Source: Deinococcales bacterium (lineage in GTDB: Bacteria > Deinococcota > Deinococci > Deinococcales > JAAFIG01). From it: a stretch of DNA of 64,000 nucleotides. Shown here in pieces: positions 35,917 through 44,579 of the stretch (position 1 is its first letter; each line of letters opens with the position of its first letter). A program made the translations under genes and the position numbers. The DNA lies in contig JAYWGM010000061.1 in the NCBI GenBank assembly GCA_043778225.1, positions 2,010 to 66,009 on the forward strand. Direction: 5' to 3'. The notes under the pieces are model-generated. The model did not search any database. It was not told the origin of the DNA and saw only the letters and a list, made by a program, of their open reading frames with translations.

Positions 35917-37748
35917 ACTTGTTCAAAGCGTTTAATTTTGCCACACGCAATATAGGATTTTCCATCTGGTGCGGTCATCACTTCATCCACCACATAAAGC
36001 ATTCCATCCTCGCGGATTGAGCGCGGAAAGCGCATATTCCAAGTCGGTTCAAAACCATCCGAGACGACTCGAGCGCGGAGTTTACTGCCTTCTTTGACGC
36101 ATTGAATCAGCACCGCATCGGTCGTGTCCGAAGTCACTTCGAGGTCGGCGGCGGTGGCTGGGGCGCTGCTGGCTTTACCTGTGCTGACTCGTTTGCTGCG
36201 TTGTGGGGCGCTGTAGGTGTCGGCTTCCCCTGCTCTGACAAGGCGGCTGATTGTGCCAATGGCTCGGTAAAAACTGCCATCGGAGGAAGTCTCGAGTTGC
36301 TCGACCACGTACTTGACTCCTTCGGCACGAATCGCCCGTGGAAACTGAACATTCATGCTTTGGTCGTAAGCTGAATTTAAGACTTTAATTTTTAGTTTGC
36401 CATTTTCGCGCACACATTGCACTTCGATACCCGTGCTGGCTTCGGCAACAACCGCTAAATTGCGTACTTCGTCAGTGGTTTCAATGCCGCGTCCAGCCAA
36501 GTCGGCACGGTTGCGGCTCAGTCCTTGGAAGGATTGGTCGCGCAGTTCTTTGCGGGTCTCGCTCGAGACATTTTTATTGCCAACTCGAGCCGCAAAATAC
36601 TCAAGTTGCTCGAGTTCTTCAGCAATTTCAAAGTTCTCGTGCAGTCCTTGCTGGCGAATCTGGTTCATCACGCCACGCAAGGTTTTTTCGGCTTCTGAGT
36701 ATTTGTTTTGGTCAGTTTGTTCTAAAGCGGTGTCTTTGGCTTTGGCAATTTTTAAGCGAGCCAATTCGACCCGAACCCCAGTCGGTGCGGCGGCGGCGGC
36801 AGCTTCGATTGTGCCAACTTCGACGGTCACCAGAATCTCACCACTGATGCTTTTAATTGCGTCATCTTCGATCGCATCGGCACGAAAACTGGCTTTACAA
36901 ATCTCGAGCAGACCAGCTTTGTTTAGCTCGGATAAATCGAGGGTCAAGCCCAACAATTTATCTTCACCATCAAAAATATCGCCCAAGACAAGGCTACCAA
37001 TGCCGTCTTTTTCCACAAGTTTGGCGGCGCTCAGTGTGCCGAGTAATTTTGTTGCGCCTTTCATCTCGAGGCTGACCACTAAATTCTGTGCCAAGACCGA
37101 TTTCATCGTCTCGAGTTCAATCTTAAAAACTTGGGCGGCATCTTCGGTATTTTGAATAAAGTAAAAATTGCCACTGGCGGCGCGAGCCATGCCAATCAGC
37201 AAGTCTTCTTCAAAGCCACTACCAAAGCCAAGGGTGGTGGTAATAATCCCTTCCTCGAGTTTTTGCATGGCGGTTTTGGTTAAAATTTTCATATCGGTGA
37301 TGCCTTCGTTGGCATGACCATCGGTCATCAGCAGCACACGGTTAATGGCTTGTGGGTCGTACTGACTTTTAACGTGCTTGCAGCCTTCGAGCCAGCCACC
37401 TGAAAGGTTGGTTGTGCCACCCGCCCGAATACTGCGAACTTTTTCTTGCAAGGCTTTTGGGTCGGTGGCGAGTTGCGGTGCAATAACAGTAGACACATGA
37501 TCGTCAAAGGCAACCACACTGATTGTATCGGTCGGCTCGAGCGCATCTATTACGGCTTGGGCAGCTTTGATTGCATGGCGTAATGCTCCGCCAGCCATCG
37601 AACCGCTGCGGTCTATAACCAGCGAGATATTCAGTCTGCGGCGTGGTTTGGCACTGGCTGGAATGCGAAAGCGCAGCAGCACATCGGTCGCGCCACTCGA
37701 GCCAAGCGGCAAGATACGCTGGGAAAAAGCAAAATCGGTTTCTATCAT
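35913..37748 (-). CDS. vWA-domain protein with an internally duplicated C-terminal domain
   Basis: 611 aa, AAGGAG RBS. MIDAS VIDRSGSM. Two ~65-aa C-terminal repeats (IEVQCVRENGKLKIKV..FPRAIRAEGVKYVV.. and VLIQCVKEGSKLRARV..FPRSIREDGMLYVV..). Confidence 0.8.
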   Translation of the reverse strand: MIETDFAFSQRILPLGSSGATDVLLRFRIPASAKPRRRLNISLVIDRSGSMAGGALRHAIKAAQAVIDALEPTDTISVVAFDDHVSTVIAPQLATDPKALQEKVRSIRAGGTTNLSGGWLEGCKHVKSQYDPQAINRVLLMTDGHANEGITDMKILTKTAMQKLEEGIITTTLGFGSGFEEDLLIGMARAASGNFYFIQNTEDAAQVFKIELETMKSVLAQNLVVSLEMKGATKLLGTLSAAKLVEKDGIGSLVLGDIFDGEDKLLGLTLDLSELNKAGLLEICKASFRADAIEDDAIKSISGEILVTVEVGTIEAAAAAAPTGVRVELARLKIAKAKDTALEQTDQNKYSEAEKTLRGVMNQIRQQGLHENFEIAEELEQLEYFAARVGNKNVSSETRKELRDQSFQGLSRNRADLAGRGIETTDEVRNLAVVAEASTGIEVQCVRENGKLKIKVLNSAYDQSMNVQFPRAIRAEGVKYVVEQLETSSDGSFYRAIGTISRLVRAGEADTYSAPQRSKRVSTGKASSAPATAADLEVTSDTTDAVLIQCVKEGSKLRARVVSDGFEPTWNMRFPRSIREDGMLYVVDEVMTAPDGKSYIACGKIKRFEQV

Positions 37749-37819
37749 GGTGTTCTCCTTGTTTGGTTTAGTGCAGTATAAGGTCTATCAAGAGTGGAAT
37801 TTGTGAATTAAGCAACGAC

Positions 37820-37848
37820 TTGCAAAATTTTTGTTCTGCTGGTATCAT
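37820..37848 (+). promoter_or_regulatory. Sigma70-like promoter TTGCAA-17-TATCAT
   Basis: TTGCAA at 37820-37825, 17-nt spacer, TATCAT at 37843-37848. Lies upstream of the 37913 operon. Confidence 0.5.
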
Positions 37849-37912
37849 AACACATCGCAAGAAAATGCTAGGCTGCGAAATCCGATACGCACCACTCGAG
37901 AAAGGAAGACCC

Positions 37913-38215
37913 ATGAAAATCATTCGACACGGCGATGTTCTGCTTACACCAATCACCCAACTGCCACGCCATGCCCAAGCCAAAACAGGTGTCACCCTCG
38001 CTCGCGGCGAAGTGACGGGGCATAGCCACCGCATTCTCGAGGCACACCAAGCCCAGATGTTTAGTGCTGGCACAGATAATTTCCTCGAGATTACCAGCCC
38101 CAAAGCCACCCTGGTTCACGAAGAACACCATGCGATTGTTCTCGAGCGCGGTTTGTACAAGGTCTGGATGCAGCGCGAATACCGCCCAGACGCAAATCGT
38201 TGGGTCGAGGATTAA
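37913..38215 (+). CDS. Small conserved hypothetical (HGD...GEVTGHSH family, cupin-like guess)
   Basis: ORF 37820 trimmed to ATG 37913 (AAAGGAAG RBS). MKIIRHGDVLLTPI...ARGEVTGHSHRI...HEEHHAIVLERGLY. I recall similar proteins in phage and bacterial genomes but cannot name the family. Confidence 0.55.
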   Translation: MKIIRHGDVLLTPITQLPRHAQAKTGVTLARGEVTGHSHRILEAHQAQMFSAGTDNFLEITSPKATLVHEEHHAIVLERGLYKVWMQREYRPDANRWVED

Positions 38216-38218
38216 ATC

Positions 38219-38974
38219 ATGTACGCCATCCTAAACCGAGGAGGAATGCGCCAATTTCGCAGCCCAAGCCCAAAACTCGAGACCACACAACCCATACCAG
38301 CCCTCGAAGCCCAAAAATTATTATTGGCTGGTCGTGGTTGGGAAAATATGCGTGTTTTGGGCGCACTCGACTTTGCTAACTCAAGCCTTGATTGGCTACC
38401 AGACGGCTTACACTGCGCCAGCTTGAACCTGTCTAACTGCCCAAATCTAAGCCAAATTCCAGACCGCCTCGAGACTCGTTTTTTGGATATTTCTGGCAAT
38501 CGGCAAATTACCCAGCTACCCGAAAGCACAGTTATTCACAGTGTCCTCGAGCTTGCTAAAAGTGGGCTGTGCGGTTTACCTACTAATCTGCGGGTGCGTT
38601 TACACTGGGACGGCGTACCGATAACCGAACGCATGGCATTTTACCCAGAAAGCATTTCGGGGCAAGACGTACTGCGCGAAGATAACCTCGAGACTCGGCG
38701 TGTTTTGCTTGAGCGTATTGGATACGACCGCTTGATGCTCGAAGTTGGCGGTTTAATCCTTGACCGCGACACCGATGCGGGCGGGCAGCGCAAACTGATT
38801 CGGATTCCTCTGGACGATGACGAAGACATCATGCTGGTGGCGGTTTTTTGTCCCAGCACGGCACACCAGTATGTTTTGCGTGTCCCACCTTTTATGCGTT
38901 TCTGCCACCAAGCGGTGGCATGGCTGGCTGGCTTTGAAAATGAGCGCGATTACCAAGTGATGGCAGAAGCCTAA
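38219..38974 (+). CDS. LRR-like N-terminal region + conserved C-terminal domain (..YVLRVPP....AVAWLAGF)
   Basis: 251 aa, 3 nt after the previous stop. Leu-rich repeats (LNLSNCPNLSQIPDRL, LDISGNRQITQLPES). The C-terminal domain resembles an uncharacterised DUF seen in actinobacteria (from memory only). Confidence 0.5.
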   Translation: MYAILNRGGMRQFRSPSPKLETTQPIPALEAQKLLLAGRGWENMRVLGALDFANSSLDWLPDGLHCASLNLSNCPNLSQIPDRLETRFLDISGNRQITQLPESTVIHSVLELAKSGLCGLPTNLRVRLHWDGVPITERMAFYPESISGQDVLREDNLETRRVLLERIGYDRLMLEVGGLILDRDTDAGGQRKLIRIPLDDDEDIMLVAVFCPSTAHQYVLRVPPFMRFCHQAVAWLAGFENERDYQVMAEA

Positions 38975-39059
38975 ATGATACCAAATTAAGGTAAAGAATT
39001 GCTTTTTGATTCTTTACCCGACCAACGGGAGTATTAACGATACCGAATTTAACGCGAGA

Positions 39060-39079
39060 ACGGCAGTTTGCCGTTTTTT
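39060..39079 (+). terminator. Rho-independent terminator
   Basis: ACGGCA-GTT-TGCCGT followed by a T-run (39074-39079), 85 nt after the 38974 stop. Confidence 0.65.
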
Positions 39080-39249
39080 GCGACCCAAGCCCGTAAGGTG
39101 CTGTTTTCAGGGTCAAGATTGGCAAACGAGAGTGATTAAGTTAATTCGGTATGAGTGATGTGCAAAAATAAGAGCAGCGATGAGAAAGCCCAAGACTGGT
39201 GCCTCAAGCTCGTAGCCCATAGCCCCATAAATTTGTTACGCTAACCCTA

Positions 39250-40251
39250 ATGCTCGAGATACCTCCTTTGTACACCTTGCCTTTGGCGTTTTTTACGGCT
39301 CGAGCAGGCGACACCCGAAAAGTCAGCCGCGACAGTTTAGACCAGTTAATTGCCCAGCAAGTGCAGTTTGTGGCAGTTCAGAATTTAGACTGGTCAACGG
39401 TGCGGCGCAGTCTTTTTTTTGCCTATCAGCATTTTCAATATGTTTACCCAAGCACAGTGCAAAATTTATCGCAGCGCCTTTTGGTCAAGCCACAACATAA
39501 GTATGGCGGTCAGCAATTGCTCGATTTTAAGTTGACAGTCGAGCCAATTGTGCTTGCAACCAAAGTTCAGCACGATGGTTTTGGCAACACCATGCTGCAT
39601 CTCGAGGTGGCGCACATCAGTCATTGGACCAGTTTTGAAGTGATGTTTTGTGTTGAAAATACAGCCCAGCCAAGCAACCCAAAAATCTTGAGCCAGCAAC
39701 TTAGGCAATTTTTCGCCAGTACCCATCTGACCCAAGCCAACCCTCAGATACTCGAGGTGGCTCGAGATTTACAGCGCCAGTCGAGCAGTCCACTTCATTT
39801 TGCCCAAAGGGTTTGTGATTGGGTCTACCAAGCCATGAAGTACAAAAATGGAATCACCAATGTTCAGACCACGGCTGCCCAAGCGCTCGAACTTGGGGCT
39901 GGGCTTTGCCAAGATTACAGCCATATCATGTTGGCGATTTGTAAAGCTGGCGGGTTATCAGCCCGCTATGTTTCTGGGCATATGCTCGGTGAGGGCGGCT
40001 CTCATGCGTGGGTCGAGGTGCTGCTCGAAAACCAAATTGGTCAATTGGAAGCCATCGGTTTTGACCCAACCAATGCCCGAAGACCCAATTTGGGCTATAC
40101 CGTGGTCGCCATTGGGCGTGATTACAACGATGTGCCACCGACTTCTGGGCGGTTTATTGGAGACTCGGCTGGGGTGCTGCATTTTGAGAAATTTGCCGGT
40201 TTACTTGAGCTTGAATTGTTTGATGGGCAGATTATCCGTCCAAGGGTTTAG
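39250..40251 (+). CDS. Transglutaminase-like cysteine protease family protein (Bact_transglu_N + core)
   Basis: 333 aa. Catalytic triad context GLCQDYSH, GSHAWVEV, GFDPTN. Confidence 0.85.
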   Translation: MLEIPPLYTLPLAFFTARAGDTRKVSRDSLDQLIAQQVQFVAVQNLDWSTVRRSLFFAYQHFQYVYPSTVQNLSQRLLVKPQHKYGGQQLLDFKLTVEPIVLATKVQHDGFGNTMLHLEVAHISHWTSFEVMFCVENTAQPSNPKILSQQLRQFFASTHLTQANPQILEVARDLQRQSSSPLHFAQRVCDWVYQAMKYKNGITNVQTTAAQALELGAGLCQDYSHIMLAICKAGGLSARYVSGHMLGEGGSHAWVEVLLENQIGQLEAIGFDPTNARRPNLGYTVVAIGRDYNDVPPTSGRFIGDSAGVLHFEKFAGLLELELFDGQIIRPRV

Positions 40252-41248
40252 CACAGCAAAAATTATAAAACTGGTTTACAATAGTGGCGTGACCCAACCT
40301 AGCAGCGCCATCCCCGGATTTCGTACTCGTTTGCTTTTAGGAACGGGGCAGACCAGCATTGTTTACTTAGCCGACGATAAAGACGGACGCGAAGTTGCCT
40401 TAAAAGTTCCCAGACCAGAAATTCGCAATGACCCAATTTTGGGCAAGGTTTTTTATAACGAAGTGGTGATGCTTAAAACCCTCGACCACCCCAATGTGGT
40501 GCGTTACTTCACTGGTGTGCCGTCGGGTGGTCATGCCCATTTGGCAGTCCAGTATTTCCCAGAAGGCGAACTGAACTCAACTCAGATGAGTCTCGAGACG
40601 ATTTTGGCGATTCTTTTGGATATCGCCAGTGCGCTCGAGTATTGCCACTCTAAAAAAGTGGTGCATCAAGATGTCAAGCCCAACAACATTTACACCGCCA
40701 ATGGTCGTGGGTTTTTAGCCGATTTTGGGGCTGCCTCGAGTGATAAAAACCCCACACCACCCGCCGGAAGCCCTTTTTATATGGCACCAGAGGTTTTTCG
40801 TGGCGAACACGGCACGCCAAAATCTGATGTCTATAGTTTTTCGGTGATGGCGTATGAACTGCTTGCTAAGCGCCGTCCGATTCTGGGCGAAAGCGTCGAA
40901 GAACTCCAGATTGCCCACATGACCAAAATCCCGATACCAATCAAAAACATGAGTGCAACTGTGCCGCGTTCTCTAGCCAAACTGATAGACCGTGGTTTAT
41001 CCAAAGAAGTCGGTTTTCGTCCGATCATGCGCGATTATCGGGTCGTCTTAAACGATATTCTGAGTGGTGACACCGTAACTGAAAACGATACCAGTACCCA
41101 AGAACAAACCATCGAGATGCCACCGCTACCAGGCTCAACCGAACCAAGCATGGTCTTTGGACGTGCGCCAAAAACAGCGCCAAAAGCAGCCTCGGAAAAA
41201 GCACCTACCAAGCAAGGGATTATCGGTAAACTTTTTGGGCGCAAATAG
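40223..41248 (+). CDS. Ser/Thr protein kinase (Hanks-type)
   Basis: Track ORF 39848..41248 is an over-extension. Plausible starts are ATG 40223 or GTG 40289. Motifs VALKV, HQDVKPNN, DFG, APE. Disordered C-terminal tail. Confidence 0.8.
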   Translation: MGRLSVQGFSTAKIIKLVYNSGVTQPSSAIPGFRTRLLLGTGQTSIVYLADDKDGREVALKVPRPEIRNDPILGKVFYNEVVMLKTLDHPNVVRYFTGVPSGGHAHLAVQYFPEGELNSTQMSLETILAILLDIASALEYCHSKKVVHQDVKPNNIYTANGRGFLADFGAASSDKNPTPPAGSPFYMAPEVFRGEHGTPKSDVYSFSVMAYELLAKRRPILGESVEELQIAHMTKIPIPIKNMSATVPRSLAKLIDRGLSKEVGFRPIMRDYRVVLNDILSGDTVTENDTSTQEQTIEMPPLPGSTEPSMVFGRAPKTAPKAASEKAPTKQGIIGKLFGRK

Positions 41249-41280
41249 GCGCTAATTTGTGGCTTCTCGAGTCGCAAAGC

Positions 41281-41994
41281 CTAAAGCGCCAAATAGGCTT
41301 TTTTGACCCGCTCATCCTCGAGCAGTTCTGCGCCCGTTCCCTCGAGGGTCACAACTCCGTTCTCGAGAACATACGCTCGATTGGCAAGCCGCAAACTTTG
41401 GCGCACATTTTGTTCGACCAACAAAACCGAGACTCCGCGTTTTGAAACCGCCTCGAGTGCCGCAAAAACAATTTGCGTCAGCTTGGGCGATAACCCAAGG
41501 CTTGGCTCATCCACCAACATTAAACGCGGTAACGCCATCAAAGCCCGTGCTACGGCTAACATTTGCTGCTCTCCACCCGATAATGTCCCTGCCAGTTGGG
41601 TTTTACGTTCCTCGAGCCTTGGGAAAAGTGTGTACATCTGGCGGCGGGTTTTTTCTCGAGCCACCCAAGCATCGGATTTTGCTGAAGCCCCCAATTCAAG
41701 GTTATCTGCCACGCTCATCAGTGGAAATAACTGCCGACCTTCTGGCACATGAGCCAGTCCAGCCCGAACAATTTCGGCACTCGAGGCATTGGTGATGCTA
41801 TTTCCAAATAACTGAATTGTGCCTTCGGTGGCACGAATCAGGCTTGAGATGGTTCGCAGCATGGTGGTTTTCCCTGCCCCATTGCTGCCAACCACAGTCA
41901 CAAATTCGCCATCCTCGACCCTTAAAGAAACACCCCACAAAACCTGTACCTTGCCATAAGCGGCTTCTAAATTTTCGACTTCTAAGGCATTCAT
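41281..41994 (-). CDS. livF: Branched-chain amino acid ABC transporter ATP-binding protein
   Basis: 237 aa. GSNGAGKTT, LSGGEQQML, LMLVDEPSLGL. Confidence 0.85.
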   Translation of the reverse strand: MNALEVENLEAAYGKVQVLWGVSLRVEDGEFVTVVGSNGAGKTTMLRTISSLIRATEGTIQLFGNSITNASSAEIVRAGLAHVPEGRQLFPLMSVADNLELGASAKSDAWVAREKTRRQMYTLFPRLEERKTQLAGTLSGGEQQMLAVARALMALPRLMLVDEPSLGLSPKLTQIVFAALEAVSKRGVSVLLVEQNVRQSLRLANRAYVLENGVVTLEGTGAELLEDERVKKAYLAL

Positions 41995-42722
41995 TTTTTT
42001 TCCTCAAGACCCAAATACGCCTCGATGACTGCTTGGTTTTGTGTCACTTCGAGGTATGTGCCACTTGCCAAGACCTCGCCATGATCCATCACCATCACAC
42101 GGTCTGCCAATTGACGAACCACGTGCATCAGATGCTCGATAAACAAAACACTGATACCAGAAGCGCGAATCACTTGAATCACTTCAACTGCCTCGAGTGC
42201 CTCGCTCGGGCGCAAACCCGCCATAACCTCATCGAGTAACAGCACTTTGGGGTTGGTGGCTAAGGCTCGCGCCATCTCGAGCCGTTTATCCTCGAGCAGG
42301 CTTAAATTATGGGCAGCGACATCGCGTTTGGGCATTAATCCAGTTAATAAAAGCACCTCTTCGGCACGAGCCAGCGCCGCTTTCATTGGTAAATCGGCAG
42401 CAAACAATGCACCGACTGCCACATTCTCCAATACCGTCATCTCTGGAAAAGGCTGAGCAATCTGAAAAGCCCTGCCTAAACCCAGTTTGGCTCGAGTTTC
42501 TGGGCTGGCTTTGGTGATGTCGGTCTGCTCGAGCATTAACGAACCAGAATCAGGCGCATAAACCCCAGAAAGTAAATTTAAAAAAGTGGTTTTGCCTGCC
42601 CCATTTGGACCAATCACGCCAAGAATCTCGCCTCTTTGCAATTCGAGCGAAAGGTTGTTGACCGCCATCAGTCCACCAAAGCGTTTGGATAAAGCTGTGG
42701 CTTGCAAGATTACTTTTTCCAT
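41991..42722 (-). CDS. livG: Branched-chain amino acid ABC transporter ATP-binding protein
   Basis: 243 aa. GPNGAGKTT, LLLDEVMAGL. 4-nt overlap with livF. Confidence 0.85.
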   Translation of the reverse strand: MEKVILQATALSKRFGGLMAVNNLSLELQRGEILGVIGPNGAGKTTFLNLLSGVYAPDSGSLMLEQTDITKASPETRAKLGLGRAFQIAQPFPEMTVLENVAVGALFAADLPMKAALARAEEVLLLTGLMPKRDVAAHNLSLLEDKRLEMARALATNPKVLLLDEVMAGLRPSEALEAVEVIQVIRASGISVLFIEHLMHVVRQLADRVMVMDHGEVLASGTYLEVTQNQAVIEAYLGLEEKK

Positions 42723-43606
42723 AAACTCAGCAATCCCTTGGGTAAAAATAAAATCGAAAGCACCAGAATAACGCCGTAACCAATTAAGTAGCCTTGAGGG
42801 ATAACCAAGCGCAACAGTTCCTCGAGAATTCGCAACACCACGGCTGCCAAAATAGGACCCGCCGTGCTGTACAAGCCACCAAAAATTGGCATCACGAGTG
42901 CAGTCACGCTGACCGAGGCACTAAAGGCTTCGGGCGGCGTGATGTAAAACGTTTTTCCAGCCGCATATGCGCCGACCAAACCAACAAAAAAACTCGAGAT
43001 GACAAACGACTGCAATTTGACTTTGGTGGCATTGACCCCCAGCACTCGAGCCACCAACTCCCCCTGACGAATGGCGGTGGCGGCAAAACCCAGCTTAGAG
43101 CGTTTGGAAAGTTCAGAAATCACGACCAACGCAAGCAGCATGGCTAAACCCAAAAAGTATAAAGTCAAAAAACCGCCACCAAATAAGGCTGGCACAAGTA
43201 AACCCTGTGAACCACCCGTAAATGGTAACTGATTGATGATTGTTTTTAAGACTTCGGCAAAACTAAGTGTGGCAATCGCAAAGTACATCCCGTGTAAGCG
43301 CAGCGTTACGACACCGAGCAATAAACTGGCGAGGCTCGAGAACACCCCAGCCGCCAGAAACGCAATTGGTTGGGGGACACCAGCATTGGCAAGCAGCGCA
43401 AAGGTGTATGCGCCTAAGCCAAAGAAAGCCGCATGAGCTAAAGAAAGTTGACCTGTTCGAGCCAGAAAATCCCATGATAAGGCAAGGACAGCGCTCGAGA
43501 GGACAAAAAGCGAGATTTGTTGAATAAAGGCGGTGCGGTCGCCTAGGGGTAGGAATGGGAAGGCAAAGGCGAAGAGCAAGGCAGCTAGTGGAAGAGGCTT
43601 TAGCAT
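42710..43606 (-). CDS. livM: Branched-chain amino acid ABC transporter permease
   Basis: 298 aa polytopic membrane protein in the liv operon context. Confidence 0.8.
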   Translation of the reverse strand: MLKPLPLAALLFAFAFPFLPLGDRTAFIQQISLFVLSSAVLALSWDFLARTGQLSLAHAAFFGLGAYTFALLANAGVPQPIAFLAAGVFSSLASLLLGVVTLRLHGMYFAIATLSFAEVLKTIINQLPFTGGSQGLLVPALFGGGFLTLYFLGLAMLLALVVISELSKRSKLGFAATAIRQGELVARVLGVNATKVKLQSFVISSFFVGLVGAYAAGKTFYITPPEAFSASVSVTALVMPIFGGLYSTAGPILAAVVLRILEELLRLVIPQGYLIGYGVILVLSILFLPKGLLSLWKK

Positions 43607-43610
43607 CGCC

Positions 43611-44468
43611 TCACGCCCCCCGCCAACTGCGCCAAATCAGCGTCGAAAAAATCAGCGCAAAGAAAACCGCTTCAGCCCAGCCGCCACCATCAGGTGCATA
43701 GGTTTGGACATAAGCCTCAGTCAGCCCCAAAATTACGGCGGCTGGAATCACGCCGCGCAAATTGCCCAGCCCCGCCATCACAATCACCGCAAAGGCTTTA
43801 AGCGTATAAATTAAACCCACATAAGGACTGGCATAGAGCAGCACACTAACCATCACCCCAGCCATACCCGCCAGCGCACTCGAGATTCCAAAAGCAATCA
43901 GGTAGAGCCTATCTACCTCGAGTCCAATCAGCACTGCGCCAATTCGATTTTGAGCAATCGCTTGCATTGCTTTGCCTGTGCGGGTCTTTGAAAGCATGGT
44001 GTAGAGCGCCAGCATAATCAGGGCAGCCAACAAAAAAGATGCGCCACGGGCATAACCGATGCTCAAGCCAAAAAATTGCAAGCTCGAGCCTTGGTACTCG
44101 AGATTTAAGGTGCGCGGAGTGCTGCCATAGATTTGCAGCGCAAGGTTGGTCAGGATAATCCCAATTCCAAAAGTCAGCAGCATTTGATTGAGTTCTGGGG
44201 CTTTCAGGACATGGCGTAAAGTCGTGCGGTAAACAAAAGCGCCAAAGGCAAACATGATGGCTGTGACCATAAAAAAACCAAGAATCGGGTCTATGCCAAG
44301 GGCTGTCAAGAGTGCATAACTCAGAAACGTACCAACCATTAAAAACTCGCCGTGGGCAAAATTAACGATTCCGACCACACCAACAGCCAAAGCCAAGCCC
44401 GTTGCTACCAAAGCATAGATACCACTTTGCAATAAGCCATTCAAAAATGTTTGAACCAATAATTCCAC
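43611..44468 (-). CDS. livH: Branched-chain amino acid ABC transporter permease
   Basis: 285 aa, GTG start. N-terminus LLVQTFLNGLLQSGIYALVATGLAL is typical of LivH. Confidence 0.8.
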   Translation of the reverse strand: MELLVQTFLNGLLQSGIYALVATGLALAVGVVGIVNFAHGEFLMVGTFLSYALLTALGIDPILGFFMVTAIMFAFGAFVYRTTLRHVLKAPELNQMLLTFGIGIILTNLALQIYGSTPRTLNLEYQGSSLQFFGLSIGYARGASFLLAALIMLALYTMLSKTRTGKAMQAIAQNRIGAVLIGLEVDRLYLIAFGISSALAGMAGVMVSVLLYASPYVGLIYTLKAFAVIVMAGLGNLRGVIPAAVILGLTEAYVQTYAPDGGGWAEAVFFALIFSTLIWRSWRGA

Positions 44469-44579
44469 TTTTTCTTCCTCGAGTTAATACGGGTTGTGAA
44501 ACGAATGTTTCTATTGTCCTAACAAATCTTTGTTTGGTTTGTGTCTAAAGCTACAAAGTTTACCAATTGAGCCAATGGC

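Noticed and set aside
32157-39118. The two ~35-nt similar blocks as attL/attR of a 6.9-kb genomic island
   Set aside because: The interval contains transketolase and no integrase. The repeats are imperfect with indels. A small-RNA or dispersed-element interpretation is preferred.
39848-40222. N-terminal 125 codons of track ORF 39848..41248
   Set aside because: This part overlaps the transglutaminase-like gene in another frame and has no kinase homology. Kinase subdomain I begins after ~40300, so the start was moved to 40223 or 40289.
35913-41248. TerY-P-like triad (vWA + Ser/Thr kinase + phosphatase)
   Set aside because: The vWA gene and the kinase are 2.5 kb apart on opposite strands with unrelated genes between them, and no PP2C phosphatase is present.
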